From: a virus
Virus record (IMG/VR): IMGVR_UViG_3300035208_005542
Direction: 5' to 3' (one strand)
DNA: 64,000 nt
This document shows, piece by piece, positions 35,840 to 44,989 of the stretch (positions within the stretch are counted from its first letter, which is position 1; each line of letters opens with the position of its first letter). A program made the position numbers and the translations under genes. Below the pieces are notes generated by a model, which did not search any database, was not told the origin of the DNA, and was given only the letters and a program-made list of their open reading frames with translations.

Positions 35840-37204
35840 TTGAAGATTTTCATCGGCAACTGCTATTCCCGTTTAGATTCTTATACCCCGGAGCTAGAAG
35901 AAGCTCTGACGGTCGCTCATGAGAACTATTTTTTTTCGCAGAAGTATAGATCTGGAATGTGGGACGGGAAAACCCATTTCCTGAAAATACCCTCTCTGCG
36001 GTTTCCTTCCGGCCTTTTGCACATGGTGACGCAATTCTGCGACGCATGCGGAACCGATTATCAAATCATAGACGAACGCGATAGGCCGGATTACAATATT
36101 GATTGTGATGATTTATCCCACGTGCTCACAGATATAACTCTTCGCCCATATCAGGAAGAAGCTGTCATTTCCGCTCTTGCAGCCGAACGCGGGTGTCTGG
36201 AAATGGCGACAGGTTCTGGAAAAACAGAAGTCGCAGCAACGATCATCAAGATCATAGGAAGACGGACGTTGTTTCTGGTCCACACCAAAGACCTCCTCAG
36301 ACAGGCTCAGGGCCGCCTAGAGCAACGTTTAGGGGTTCCTGTGGGAATGTATGGGGAAGGGATACATGATACAGAAGCGGATGTCTGTGTCGCTACCGTT
36401 CAAAGCGTGGATTCATTCCTGCAACGGGAAGAAAAGGCATGCAAATCTTGGTTGGCGTCGTTCGAAGTTCTGTTTCTCGATGAATGTCATCATACGAGTG
36501 CCAGGAGTTGGCACAGAATTGGATTGTTGACACCGGCGTATTATAGGTTCGGCCTATCAGGAACCGTGCTTAGGAAGGACAATTTAAGTAATGTCAAGAT
36601 GCTGTCTGTTTTCGGAGGGACGATTTACAAGTTATCATCTCATGATTTGATAGGGGCAGGGTATTTATCGGAGATAACTGTTAAATTGATAAACAATCCG
36701 GAGAGGATTGTCGGGTCTAGTTGGCAGACCGTTTACGCTTCCGGGGTTGTTAATTCCGAAATCAGGAACGGGAAAATAGCAGAAATAGTCCAAGATGAAT
36801 TTAATCACGATAAGCGGATCTTGGTGCTGATACGGCAGATAGAACACGGGAAAATATTATTGGACAAGATGGATGAATTAGGTCTTCCTGCTGTATTCCT
36901 ATCAGGGTCTGACAGCTCTGGAGATCGAGCGGAAACGATTAAAAAATTCATGGATGATGAAAGGTTCATCCTGATTTCCTCGACGATATTTGATGAGGGG
37001 GTGGACATCCCGGCAGTTAATGTGATCGTTGTTGCGTCTGGGGGGAAGAGTGAAATAAAAGCCATTCAAAGAATTGGAAGGGGGTTAAGAAAAAAAGCTG
37101 ATCAAACTAATTTAACCGTTTATGATTTTATGGACAATAGCAAATTCTTAAAAGAACATTCTGCCAAAAGGAAATCTGTGTACCGGAAGGAAAAATTCAT
37201 ATGA
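35840..37204 (+). CDS. SF2 DExH helicase, UvsW-like
   Basis: LRPYQ, ATGSGKT, DECHH, GLSGT, EGVDIP, QRIGRGLR; TTG start after GGAGG. Confidence 0.92.
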   Translation: MKIFIGNCYSRLDSYTPELEEALTVAHENYFFSQKYRSGMWDGKTHFLKIPSLRFPSGLLHMVTQFCDACGTDYQIIDERDRPDYNIDCDDLSHVLTDITLRPYQEEAVISALAAERGCLEMATGSGKTEVAATIIKIIGRRTLFLVHTKDLLRQAQGRLEQRLGVPVGMYGEGIHDTEADVCVATVQSVDSFLQREEKACKSWLASFEVLFLDECHHTSARSWHRIGLLTPAYYRFGLSGTVLRKDNLSNVKMLSVFGGTIYKLSSHDLIGAGYLSEITVKLINNPERIVGSSWQTVYASGVVNSEIRNGKIAEIVQDEFNHDKRILVLIRQIEHGKILLDKMDELGLPAVFLSGSDSSGDRAETIKKFMDDERFILISSTIFDEGVDIPAVNVIVVASGGKSEIKAIQRIGRGLRKKADQTNLTVYDFMDNSKFLKEHSAKRKSVYRKEKFI

Positions 37205-37389
37205 GCGAGATCCTAATATCTGATTACCCGACCGGAGTCCTTGTCCGATGGCACGACAACTTGAGAAAAAGCATGCAAAGTCCGTTGTCTGAAGATTGGT
37301 TACGAGATGCCCAAGGTCAGCTTGAGGAACTAGAAGAAGAGCTCGATAAAAGAAAACCGATAAAGAAAAGAAGGAAATTTAGGGTATAA
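37201..37389 (+). CDS. Hypothetical protein
   Basis: 62 aa; ATGA overlap with helicase stop. Confidence 0.55.
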   Translation: MSEILISDYPTGVLVRWHDNLRKSMQSPLSEDWLRDAQGQLEELEEELDKRKPIKKRRKFRV

Positions 37390-37409
37390 TATCCTTTGAA
37401 GGGACAGAG

Positions 37410-37700
37410 ATGAAAATTCCAGAATCAATATCCATTCCTATTCAACGCCAAATACTACGACACTATAATCTCGAAGTTTGCCCTGGGGCCTATGAGGTCA
37501 TGTTGGTAATATTGGCAGAAGAAAACCACGGATACTACGACAAGGGGATAAAAAATATCATCAGCCTAACAGGATTTTCCAGGACTAAGGTCTTCATGTG
37601 TTTATCGAAATTAGAAAATCATGGATACATCAGATCTAGAGGGAAAGGTCAAAACGGACTTTCCTTATACGAAATCAGGAGCAATAATGTGGCAATATAG
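37410..37700 (+). CDS. Winged helix-turn-helix protein (replication-initiator-like)
   Basis: IISLTGFSRTKVFMCLSKLENHGYI. Confidence 0.72.
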   Translation: MKIPESISIPIQRQILRHYNLEVCPGAYEVMLVILAEENHGYYDKGIKNIISLTGFSRTKVFMCLSKLENHGYIRSRGKGQNGLSLYEIRSNNVAI

Positions 37701-38020
37701 AGTTTTTCTGAGTCCTGATTTCGCACATCGGGAAAAATTTCCCCCCAAGGGATGTGTTAAATCAGTACCTTGGTGGTACATATTTAACGAATGGAGCGCA
37801 ATTTCGCCCCATAATATATATATAGGGGCCAATATTATAGGCACGATCGGCGCATCTGCGCCGCGTGGCCTATCTAGTCTTTTCTTATTCTTGTTTGAGG
37901 CATTTATTGTGGTGATAATAATTCCCGATAGGGAATTATTAGCACTAAGGCAGACATTACTTTCATATCGTTCCCGCGCAAGAGCGCGGGGCAACGAAGC
38001 GTTGCCACAGGAATTAATTC

Positions 38021-38740
38021 ATGCTTAGGTTCCAGGAAACAGATCTTGCCAAAGATCAGGAAATTCTGACCAGAGAACAGAATCGGGAAGGGGAAATATA
38101 TTTTCTGGGGAAAATGTACGATTCTTTTTTGAAAGCCTACTGCAAGAAACGGAGCTTTTTTCTGAATCCAAAACAGAAACCGAAAGAGTTGGAAGTGCGC
38201 AAAGCGCGAATAACTACGCTCATAAAATTGGCATCAGATGCAGGAACTGCTCCAGAAGTTTTCATGAAGGCACAATTTGAACAACTTGTCCCATTTGAAA
38301 TTTACCCTGCCTTCCCGATTCTGATTTCTGCCAAAGCACCTGAGAGGTTCAGAAATTATCTGCGTCATCTGGAACGGATTTATGTGGCAGCAGGAGACAG
38401 ACAAAGACACCAGGAGACCTCTGTTATTCCGAATCTGGAAAAACCCATAGCAAGATCCGTTCGTAATTTTTATGATCGTCTGGAAAAGGTCGTTGCTATA
38501 ACCGGGCATCTGGACGAAGATTCGGCCTTGCGCGAGTTAGAAGTGCTGACCAGAGGAGGAGATGTTGATTTCGTATATGTGATGATCTGCCCTATTGTCA
38601 GCACGATGAAAAATGAGTACCTACTTGGGATAAGGTCGATAGAAAGAAAACACAGCGATAAGCTGATACCCGTGGCTGAAGTTATACGAGAGAGATTAGT
38701 TGGCACCCTGCAGAATGGAAAGGCAAAAAATTATGTCTGA
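38021..38740 (+). CDS. Hypothetical replication protein (possible helicase loader)
   Basis: 239 aa directly upstream of and overlapping the helicase; FMKAQF motif. Confidence 0.55.
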   Translation: MLRFQETDLAKDQEILTREQNREGEIYFLGKMYDSFLKAYCKKRSFFLNPKQKPKELEVRKARITTLIKLASDAGTAPEVFMKAQFEQLVPFEIYPAFPILISAKAPERFRNYLRHLERIYVAAGDRQRHQETSVIPNLEKPIARSVRNFYDRLEKVVAITGHLDEDSALRELEVLTRGGDVDFVYVMICPIVSTMKNEYLLGIRSIERKHSDKLIPVAEVIRERLVGTLQNGKAKNYV

Positions 38741-40067
38741 ATTCGAATCTGACTTTACGGTAGAAATTCAAAAAAAGATTTTGGCAATGTTATTGTTTGA
38801 ACCCAAAAGCCTTCTGGCCAGCATGGACATTGTTAGACCGGAGACTTTTGATCATCCTGCCCTGGCTGACATGGCGTCTATTCTGTTCCGTTTTTACGCC
38901 AAATATAAACGACCGATAGGGATAGAAGAATTCGAAGAGGAGTTCATAGAGCTTCTGTCCGGAGGGAAGAGGATTCCGGTCGATGAATACAAGTTGGTTT
39001 ATGACGACGTGCTGAGGTTCGGTGCTGAAGGGCAGTACGAATATGTGCGGGATAAGTTGGTCGATTTTGCGAAGGTCCAGGCGGTTCGAAGGGCGGTCGC
39101 CAATGCGAACGATATTGTTCGCAAGAAGAAAAACTTTGATGAGATACTGATAGGAGTTCGTGACGCTTTAGCGATCGGGGACAAAGGGAAAGATGTTGGG
39201 ACTTTTTATTTTGGCGGTCTCGAAGCGAGGTTGGCTGAACGTAAATCCGGAATAACTCGGGAATCCACAGCGATCGGAACGTCTATCCCTGCTCTTGATA
39301 AAAAACTTGGAGGGGGTTTGGGACGCGGGGAGTTGGGGATAATCATGGGTCCTATGAAGCGTGGCAAAACGGTATTTTCAGTCAACATGGCATACGGGGC
39401 GATGAAAAACGGGATAAAGGTCGTGCATTACCTGATGGAAGGGTCTGAATCTCGTCTGCAGGTGCTGTATGACTCGCGGATATCGGGGGTTCCTAAAGAC
39501 CAAGTTGCGAAGCCGGAAAGGGCGGAGGAGGTCAGGAAGGCCGTCAGCACTTTTTATGATCGACCTGGCGTTGAGACTCTTCTGATCAAACACTTTCCTG
39601 CGCAGGGATGCACCCCGATGACGATCGAGAACCATCTGAACCAAATGGTTGCTTACAAGTTCGAACCGGAACTTATAATTGTAGATTATTTGGGTCTCAT
39701 GTCCTCCACGCAAAAAAATATAGCGAGTTCTGGAGACCGATATTTGATGTATGGGCAGATAACCAAAGAGTTGCTGAGTTTGGCCCAACGTGGGGGGTAT
39801 GCGATTTGGCTTCTGCATCAGAGTACGAGGGGAAGCAAAAAGAAATCGACTATCGACCTTGACGATTCTGCGGACAGCATCGAACCCATGCGCGATGCAG
39901 ATTTGATTTTGACCCTGAATCAGGTAGAGGGGGAAGAGAATAGAGATTCATCAGAAATTTCTAAGCTCCGGATATTCATTGCGGGAGGAAGAGAGGTGGC
40001 TGACAGATGCTATGTGGATTTGGCGATGGATAAACGAAATTGTCGCATAACGGAATTAGTTGGATAA
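38733..40067 (+). CDS. Replicative DnaB-like helicase
   Basis: LDKKLGGGLGRGEL, GPMKRGKT (Walker A), IIVDYLGL, ADS...DAD. Confidence 0.92.
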   Translation: MSEFESDFTVEIQKKILAMLLFEPKSLLASMDIVRPETFDHPALADMASILFRFYAKYKRPIGIEEFEEEFIELLSGGKRIPVDEYKLVYDDVLRFGAEGQYEYVRDKLVDFAKVQAVRRAVANANDIVRKKKNFDEILIGVRDALAIGDKGKDVGTFYFGGLEARLAERKSGITRESTAIGTSIPALDKKLGGGLGRGELGIIMGPMKRGKTVFSVNMAYGAMKNGIKVVHYLMEGSESRLQVLYDSRISGVPKDQVAKPERAEEVRKAVSTFYDRPGVETLLIKHFPAQGCTPMTIENHLNQMVAYKFEPELIIVDYLGLMSSTQKNIASSGDRYLMYGQITKELLSLAQRGGYAIWLLHQSTRGSKKKSTIDLDDSADSIEPMRDADLILTLNQVEGEENRDSSEISKLRIFIAGGREVADRCYVDLAMDKRNCRITELVG

Positions 40068-40077
40068 AAGTAAAGCA

Positions 40078-40106
40078 TTGAATGAGGGGTTAAATTAAAG
40101 TATACT
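40078..40106 (+). promoter_or_regulatory. Sigma70-type promoter
   Basis: TTGAAT, 17 bp, TATACT in the intergenic gap. Confidence 0.7.
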
Positions 40107-40123
40107 GAAAGTAGGAGAACGAA

Positions 40124-40753
40124 ATGAGATCAGAATTAGTAGAAAAGATAATTGCTTCGATGGTCGGAGATTTTGTTTGCCACGATTTATCCGACGTGGA
40201 CATAGCTAAGAAGCGGATGTTCAAACTGTCTCCTTCTTCAATAATTTTTCGTGCCGTCATGTCTGAACATTCGACTGTTTATTTTACAATTGGTGGTCTT
40301 TTTGCGGAAGGGCCGAAAAAACAAATTGTCGATGATCTGAAAAATTGGCTATTGGCAGGGAATGCTCCTGACCGATTCTCTGGATTCAAGGACAAAAACG
40401 GCATCGGGATATACGAAAATGATATTTGCATATCCCACAAAGAAAGGGTTAAGAGCGACTATGTTCCTAAAAAATATCCACAGGACAAAATAGAAATAGT
40501 CTGTCGAGTCGTGTTCGAAAGCGGAGAATTCACGATTCAATATGTCTGTAACTGTAAAAAGCATTTGGGGATAGACCAAAATATATATCGCTGTTATAGC
40601 TATTGGCCGCATCCCACGCCAATCGGGATGCATAATTGGAACCCCATAACTAGGGACTGGGATATCCCCGCTGACGGCATGACATGCAACAATATAGAAA
40701 TCGTGGGTAACGTTCATCAAAATCCGGAAATGTTGGAAGAGGGAGTTTTATAG
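40124..40753 (+). CDS. YopX-domain protein
   Basis: SGFKDKNGIGIYENDI and IEIVGNVHQNPEML. Confidence 0.8.
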   Translation: MRSELVEKIIASMVGDFVCHDLSDVDIAKKRMFKLSPSSIIFRAVMSEHSTVYFTIGGLFAEGPKKQIVDDLKNWLLAGNAPDRFSGFKDKNGIGIYENDICISHKERVKSDYVPKKYPQDKIEIVCRVVFESGEFTIQYVCNCKKHLGIDQNIYRCYSYWPHPTPIGMHNWNPITRDWDIPADGMTCNNIEIVGNVHQNPEMLEEGVL

Positions 40754-40754
40754 C

Positions 40755-41891
40755 ATGTGGACCATGACCGGAAAATATAATAAAGCTAATATCTTTGCAG
40801 ACAAAATCGATGAAAAGACCCGTGAACAAATACTTGGGTTTCTTAATTGTCCTATTTTCAAAGGTGGGTATATCGCAATCATGCCCGATTGCCACGCAGG
40901 AAAGGGGAGTTGCATTGGATTCACTTGGAGATCGAACTGTTACATTGTTCCGAATATCGTAGGCGTAGATATCGGCTGCGGGGTTCTGGCTATTCGGTTT
41001 CCAAAGAGAAAAATCCATCGGCCTGCTCTTGATGATTTTATTCATCAAAACATTCCTTCCGGATTTAAGATACACGATAAATTGCAACCGGAAGTGAAAG
41101 ACCAAATTCCTGATCTAAAAGAAACCTGTCATACAATAAAATACGATTATGATCGAGCTTTGCGCTCGTTGGGAACTCTCGGGGGAGGCAACCATTTCAT
41201 AGAAGTCGACGAATCTCTGGACAGGGAAGAGATGCTGCTCGTCATCCATTCCGGAAGTCGCAATTTCGGGTTGAGCGTTGCTAATTTTTATCAAAAGGCC
41301 GCAAAGGACCAACTCGAAAAATTCTGTGTGGCTGAACAATTCCGGGGCTTGGAATTCTTCCCTCCCGGCGACGAACTGGGTTCGCAATATTATAATTCCG
41401 ATATGCTTGTCGCCCAATGGTTCGCACATCGTAATCGCATAAAGATTTGGGAGCGACTAAAGAGTTTTATTCTTGGCAGTGATAAAGAATTCCGTTGTAT
41501 TGAATCTGTTCATAACTATATCGGAGGAGACGGGATTGTCCGCAAGGGGGCCATCTCTGCCGAGGACGGGGAAGAGGTTGTGATACCTCTGAACATGAAA
41601 GACGGGGTTATCATCGGGATCGGCAAAGGGAATCGAGCGTGGAACTCTTCTGCCCCTCATGGAGCAGGACGAGTTATGAGCAGAACACAGGCACGGGCCA
41701 ATCTTAATCCTTACAAATTCCAGGCGGACATGGTGAATGCTGGGATCTATACTACTACTGCGGACATCAAAACAATAGATGAAGCTCCTGAAGCCTATAA
41801 GCCATCTGAGGAAATCATTTCTTCTCTAGAGCCGACGGTTAGAATCACCGATAGATTTGTACCCATATATAATTACAAGGCTGCGGAATGA
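40755..41891 (+). CDS. rtcB: RtcB-family RNA ligase
   Basis: MPDCH.GKG, VGVDIGCG, LGGGNHFIE, IHSGSR, HNY, RKGA, SAPHGAGR, DEAP.AYK. Confidence 0.95.
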   Translation: MWTMTGKYNKANIFADKIDEKTREQILGFLNCPIFKGGYIAIMPDCHAGKGSCIGFTWRSNCYIVPNIVGVDIGCGVLAIRFPKRKIHRPALDDFIHQNIPSGFKIHDKLQPEVKDQIPDLKETCHTIKYDYDRALRSLGTLGGGNHFIEVDESLDREEMLLVIHSGSRNFGLSVANFYQKAAKDQLEKFCVAEQFRGLEFFPPGDELGSQYYNSDMLVAQWFAHRNRIKIWERLKSFILGSDKEFRCIESVHNYIGGDGIVRKGAISAEDGEEVVIPLNMKDGVIIGIGKGNRAWNSSAPHGAGRVMSRTQARANLNPYKFQADMVNAGIYTTTADIKTIDEAPEAYKPSEEIISSLEPTVRITDRFVPIYNYKAAE

Positions 41892-42712
41892 GGGCGGTTA
41901 TGAGCGATGAAAAGAATGCAAAGGTTCAAAGCGTGGCCATGTCTGCGAAAGACATAAAGACGATCCTGATCGCGCAATACAGGGAGGGCTATGCGTGTTT
42001 CCCGGAATTTAGAACCAGAACCGGATATGACCTGGCGCATTATATTGATTTTCTTGCTATTGGCCTCTGGCAAAAAACTTGGGGAATAAAATCGTTCGAG
42101 ATCAAGGTTAATCGTTCCGATTTTACCAACGATGCTTCGCGGTTCGAAACGAAACATGCTGACGCCCTGGAGATCAGCAATGAATTTTATTATGTTTGCC
42201 CTTGGAAACTGATAGGAAAAGATGAAGTTCCTGCCCGTGCGGGGCTGATGTACATTGATTCCGCTAACGTAATTAAAATAGTTAAACAAGCCCCTTATCA
42301 GGACGTAAAGGCTATTCCTGTCTATCTTATTCCTGCATTAGCTGAAAAGTTTGGCACCAAGATCGAAGTCAATGGGTCTGTTAAGTTTTATGGTCGTGAA
42401 GTGACTGCTGAGGTGTTTGAGAAAGAAATCAATACGAGGTTGGCCAAGGAGCTTAAGCATAAACACGATTACGAATTAGATCGACAGGTGCATGAGCGGC
42501 TGACAGAACTTAAGGCTCGGGAAACTCCTGCCGTGCTTTTGCTTGGAAAAATAAAAGAAGCTGCCGGCATTTGGGGAGATTGGGACCGGGAGAAGGAACA
42601 AGAAATAATCAGGATCGTAAATCTTGGCCAGAGGGCAGGACGGATAACCGGCAGCCTGAGAGATTCGGTGAAACAATTGGATATGCTCTTGGCGACCGGG
42701 AAGGAAGATTGA
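41888..42712 (+). CDS. PD-(D/E)XK nuclease-like protein (MmcB-like)
   Basis: IDFLAI...FEIKVNRSDF..D...NEFYYVCP. Confidence 0.75.
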   Translation: MRAVMSDEKNAKVQSVAMSAKDIKTILIAQYREGYACFPEFRTRTGYDLAHYIDFLAIGLWQKTWGIKSFEIKVNRSDFTNDASRFETKHADALEISNEFYYVCPWKLIGKDEVPARAGLMYIDSANVIKIVKQAPYQDVKAIPVYLIPALAEKFGTKIEVNGSVKFYGREVTAEVFEKEINTRLAKELKHKHDYELDRQVHERLTELKARETPAVLLLGKIKEAAGIWGDWDREKEQEIIRIVNLGQRAGRITGSLRDSVKQLDMLLATGKED

Positions 42713-42714
42713 TT

Positions 42715-42840
42715 ATGAAAAATTATACGTCGTCGGTTGCGGTCGAGACCACGATTGCTAGGATTGAAAAGATCTTGGCAAAAGCGGGGGCTACTGGGGT
42801 TGCAAAACAATACCTGGCCGGAAAGCCGAAGGAGGGATGA
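42715..42840 (+). CDS. Short ORF (41 aa), possibly a truncated remnant
   Basis: MKNYTSSVAVETTIARIEKILAKAGATGVAKQY resembles the N-terminus of longer phage proteins. Confidence 0.45.
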   Translation: MKNYTSSVAVETTIARIEKILAKAGATGVAKQYLAGKPKEG

Positions 42841-43016
42841 TGAATAAAAAAGTTATTGTTCATCTTTTCACACAGTCTGAACCCATGGTGTTCGAAGGGG
42901 TGGTAAACACATATCAGAAGGGCGATTTGTTCTGTGTTCTTTTAGAAAAGGAACACGCCACGTATAAGTTCCCCCTTGTTCATGTCTTTAGAATTATTGA
43001 GACAAGGGAGGAGTGA
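42837..43016 (+). CDS. Small hypothetical protein (59 aa, below cutoff)
   Basis: Manual translation MMNKKVIVHLFTQSEPMVFEGVVNTYQKGDLFCVLLEKEHATYKFPLVHVFRIIETREE; AAGGAGG RBS. Confidence 0.65.
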   Translation: MMNKKVIVHLFTQSEPMVFEGVVNTYQKGDLFCVLLEKEHATYKFPLVHVFRIIETREE

Positions 43017-43020
43017 AGTC

Positions 43021-43203
43021 ATGAGAAAGATAAAATCCTGTTGCGATTACATCCCAGTACTTCTCGAATCTGACCTCATTTTTGGGGGTTGGTCTATCCT
43101 GTGTCTGCATTGCGGTCGGAGCGTTATAAAGCGTTTCCGATGGCAGTGTATAAGGGCGTGGAATAGAGGAGAAAATAAAAATAAAACTGGAGGAGCCTCA
43201 TGA
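43021..43203 (+). CDS. Small Lar-like zinc-binding protein
   Basis: KSCC...CLHCG...AWNR; GGAGG RBS. Confidence 0.55.
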   Translation: MRKIKSCCDYIPVLLESDLIFGGWSILCLHCGRSVIKRFRWQCIRAWNRGENKNKTGGAS

Positions 43204-43535
43204 CTGATGAAAAGGCCATGAAACTTTTGGATGATTGGGTGAACATTAAGGGGTACGTCGGGGGTTATGATTGCGATAAAGATTGGGAAGAGGATATGGC
43301 CCTTGCGCTCAATCACCTCAGTTCTCGATTGGGTTTGATAAGAAAAGAGAAAATTCATAACAGGATCTTAACGTGTGATTACTATAAAGATAGCAACATC
43401 TGTCATAAGTCTAAGGTCACGCAGGAGCAGAAAAGAAAGATGACGGAAGTTATGCTTGAGACCGACAACGTTCTAGACGCTGATTATGGGGCGAATGAGA
43501 TTCTTAATATCTTGGGTTTGGAAGTAGAAGAATAG
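43200..43535 (+). CDS. Hypothetical protein
   Basis: 111 aa; GGAGG RBS. Confidence 0.65.
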   Translation: MTDEKAMKLLDDWVNIKGYVGGYDCDKDWEEDMALALNHLSSRLGLIRKEKIHNRILTCDYYKDSNICHKSKVTQEQKRKMTEVMLETDNVLDADYGANEILNILGLEVEE

Positions 43536-43542
43536 AAAGACC

Positions 43543-43788
43543 ATGGAAGAAGAAAGGCCCTATCCGGATGCCGTCCTTGGACAAGAGGAACAACCATGTT
43601 TTCTCTGCGGGAAACCTACACCGTGGATCGATATATCGTTTGAAATAAATCTTTGTTCCAAAGAGTGTTATGATGAAATGTGGCGCAGATATTGGGTGGC
43701 AGAAAGAATTCGGGGGCCGATACCGATACCGGGTGCGAACAATAAGAATATATTTGTTAGGATCTGGCGTTATCTCAGGAGAAGATAG
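43543..43788 (+). CDS. Small zinc-finger protein
   Basis: CFLC...CSKEC. Confidence 0.62.
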   Translation: MEEERPYPDAVLGQEEQPCFLCGKPTPWIDISFEINLCSKECYDEMWRRYWVAERIRGPIPIPGANNKNIFVRIWRYLRRR

Positions 43789-44061
43789 ATGAACAAGAAA
43801 AGACCGATCACGAATCATAAACCAAAAACTGAGGAATGGTACGCCTTGGTGTATGAAGGCGGAGAGGTCGTGGAGTTTCGTTCTTCGCTGACGGGAACTA
43901 CGTTCTCTGCTATATACCAATATGAATCTGATGCTGAAGCTGCTCGCCAGGTTCGTTTACAGGCCATTAGATGGCGGTTAGAAATTAATCTCAAGTCTGT
44001 CTCTGTTGTTTATGACGATGGGAAACTTGCGAGAAAAAACAACAAAAAAGGGAGAGCATAA
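43789..44061 (+). CDS. Hypothetical protein
   Basis: 90 aa; AGGAG RBS. Confidence 0.55.
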   Translation: MNKKRPITNHKPKTEEWYALVYEGGEVVEFRSSLTGTTFSAIYQYESDAEAARQVRLQAIRWRLEINLKSVSVVYDDGKLARKNNKKGRA

Positions 44062-44062
44062 G

Positions 44063-44278
44063 ATGACTTTCCAGGATCTAAATGGGAAAAAGGCTCGATG
44101 GATAATATTCTCAGGAGATGAGGTGGCATATATCGCCGCCAAGGATGGAGTTGAGTTGATTTGTATGTTCGAATATTTGGGAGACCACTCAGAGATTTGG
44201 ATAGCTGAGATAAAAAATGGCGTGGAAGAGGCCAGACACAATATACGGTATATCGTATCCGTGGAATGGGAAAACTAA
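44063..44278 (+). CDS. Hypothetical protein
   Basis: GGAG RBS before ATG 44063. Confidence 0.6.
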   Translation: MTFQDLNGKKARWIIFSGDEVAYIAAKDGVELICMFEYLGDHSEIWIAEIKNGVEEARHNIRYIVSVEWEN

Positions 44279-44296
44279 TTATCATAGGAGGCGATC

Positions 44297-44704
44297 ATGA
44301 CTGAGCCAACGAAGAAAGAAATTTTATCTTGCGGGACTCCCAGGGATTTGATAGATGAATTGTGGCGCATTAACGCTGAACACACTAAACAAATAAACAG
44401 GCTGACACAGTTGCACAAGAGGGACAAGGAGTTTATCAGGATATTGACAGAAAGGTCGAATAAGAATATTCCGGAACTTGCCGAAGGGCTTGGGATTTCT
44501 GTTCCGACGGCGAGGATCATCTATGAACGGGGAAGAAAAGACGCCGAAAAAGATAAACGTATAAAAAATATTTCCAGAGAACAAGAATCCCTCGCTGTTG
44601 ATTTCCTGACCAACAACTCGTCGCAAGATATGTGGTTCGTGATTGGAAGGATATTTGAGATTTTGGGCATAGAGGCTTGCAGCGATGAAGCTAAAAAAAT
44701 CTAA
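44297..44704 (+). CDS. Hypothetical protein with HTH-like segment
   Basis: IPELAEGLGISVPTARII; AGGAGG RBS. Confidence 0.62.
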   Translation: MTEPTKKEILSCGTPRDLIDELWRINAEHTKQINRLTQLHKRDKEFIRILTERSNKNIPELAEGLGISVPTARIIYERGRKDAEKDKRIKNISREQESLAVDFLTNNSSQDMWFVIGRIFEILGIEACSDEAKKI

Positions 44705-44987
44705 GTGGGTTTATGTCGATGTTCGCGGAGTTGATGGAACATCTTTAAGTCTTCCTATTGCCAGCGGTTCATCTATTCGCAAATGGAAAAACGGCAAGTG
44801 TTGGACATGGGGTTGCGCCAACGATTATTCTGTTTTTGCTCTTAATAAGAATGGGCGCGTGGAACTTGCCTATTGTTGGTGTGCGTCTTTTAATATAAAC
44901 TATCTGTATACTTGCTATCCGCAATATAAATGGGCGTATATAAGGTGCGGAAGGATTGAAATATTTAGAAACCCATTGGAGGATTAA
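44685..44987 (+). CDS. Hypothetical protein
   Basis: 100 aa; GAGG RBS. Confidence 0.55.
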   Translation: MKLKKSKWVYVDVRGVDGTSLSLPIASGSSIRKWKNGKCWTWGCANDYSVFALNKNGRVELAYCWCASFNINYLYTCYPQYKWAYIRCGRIEIFRNPLED

Positions 44988-44989
44988 AT

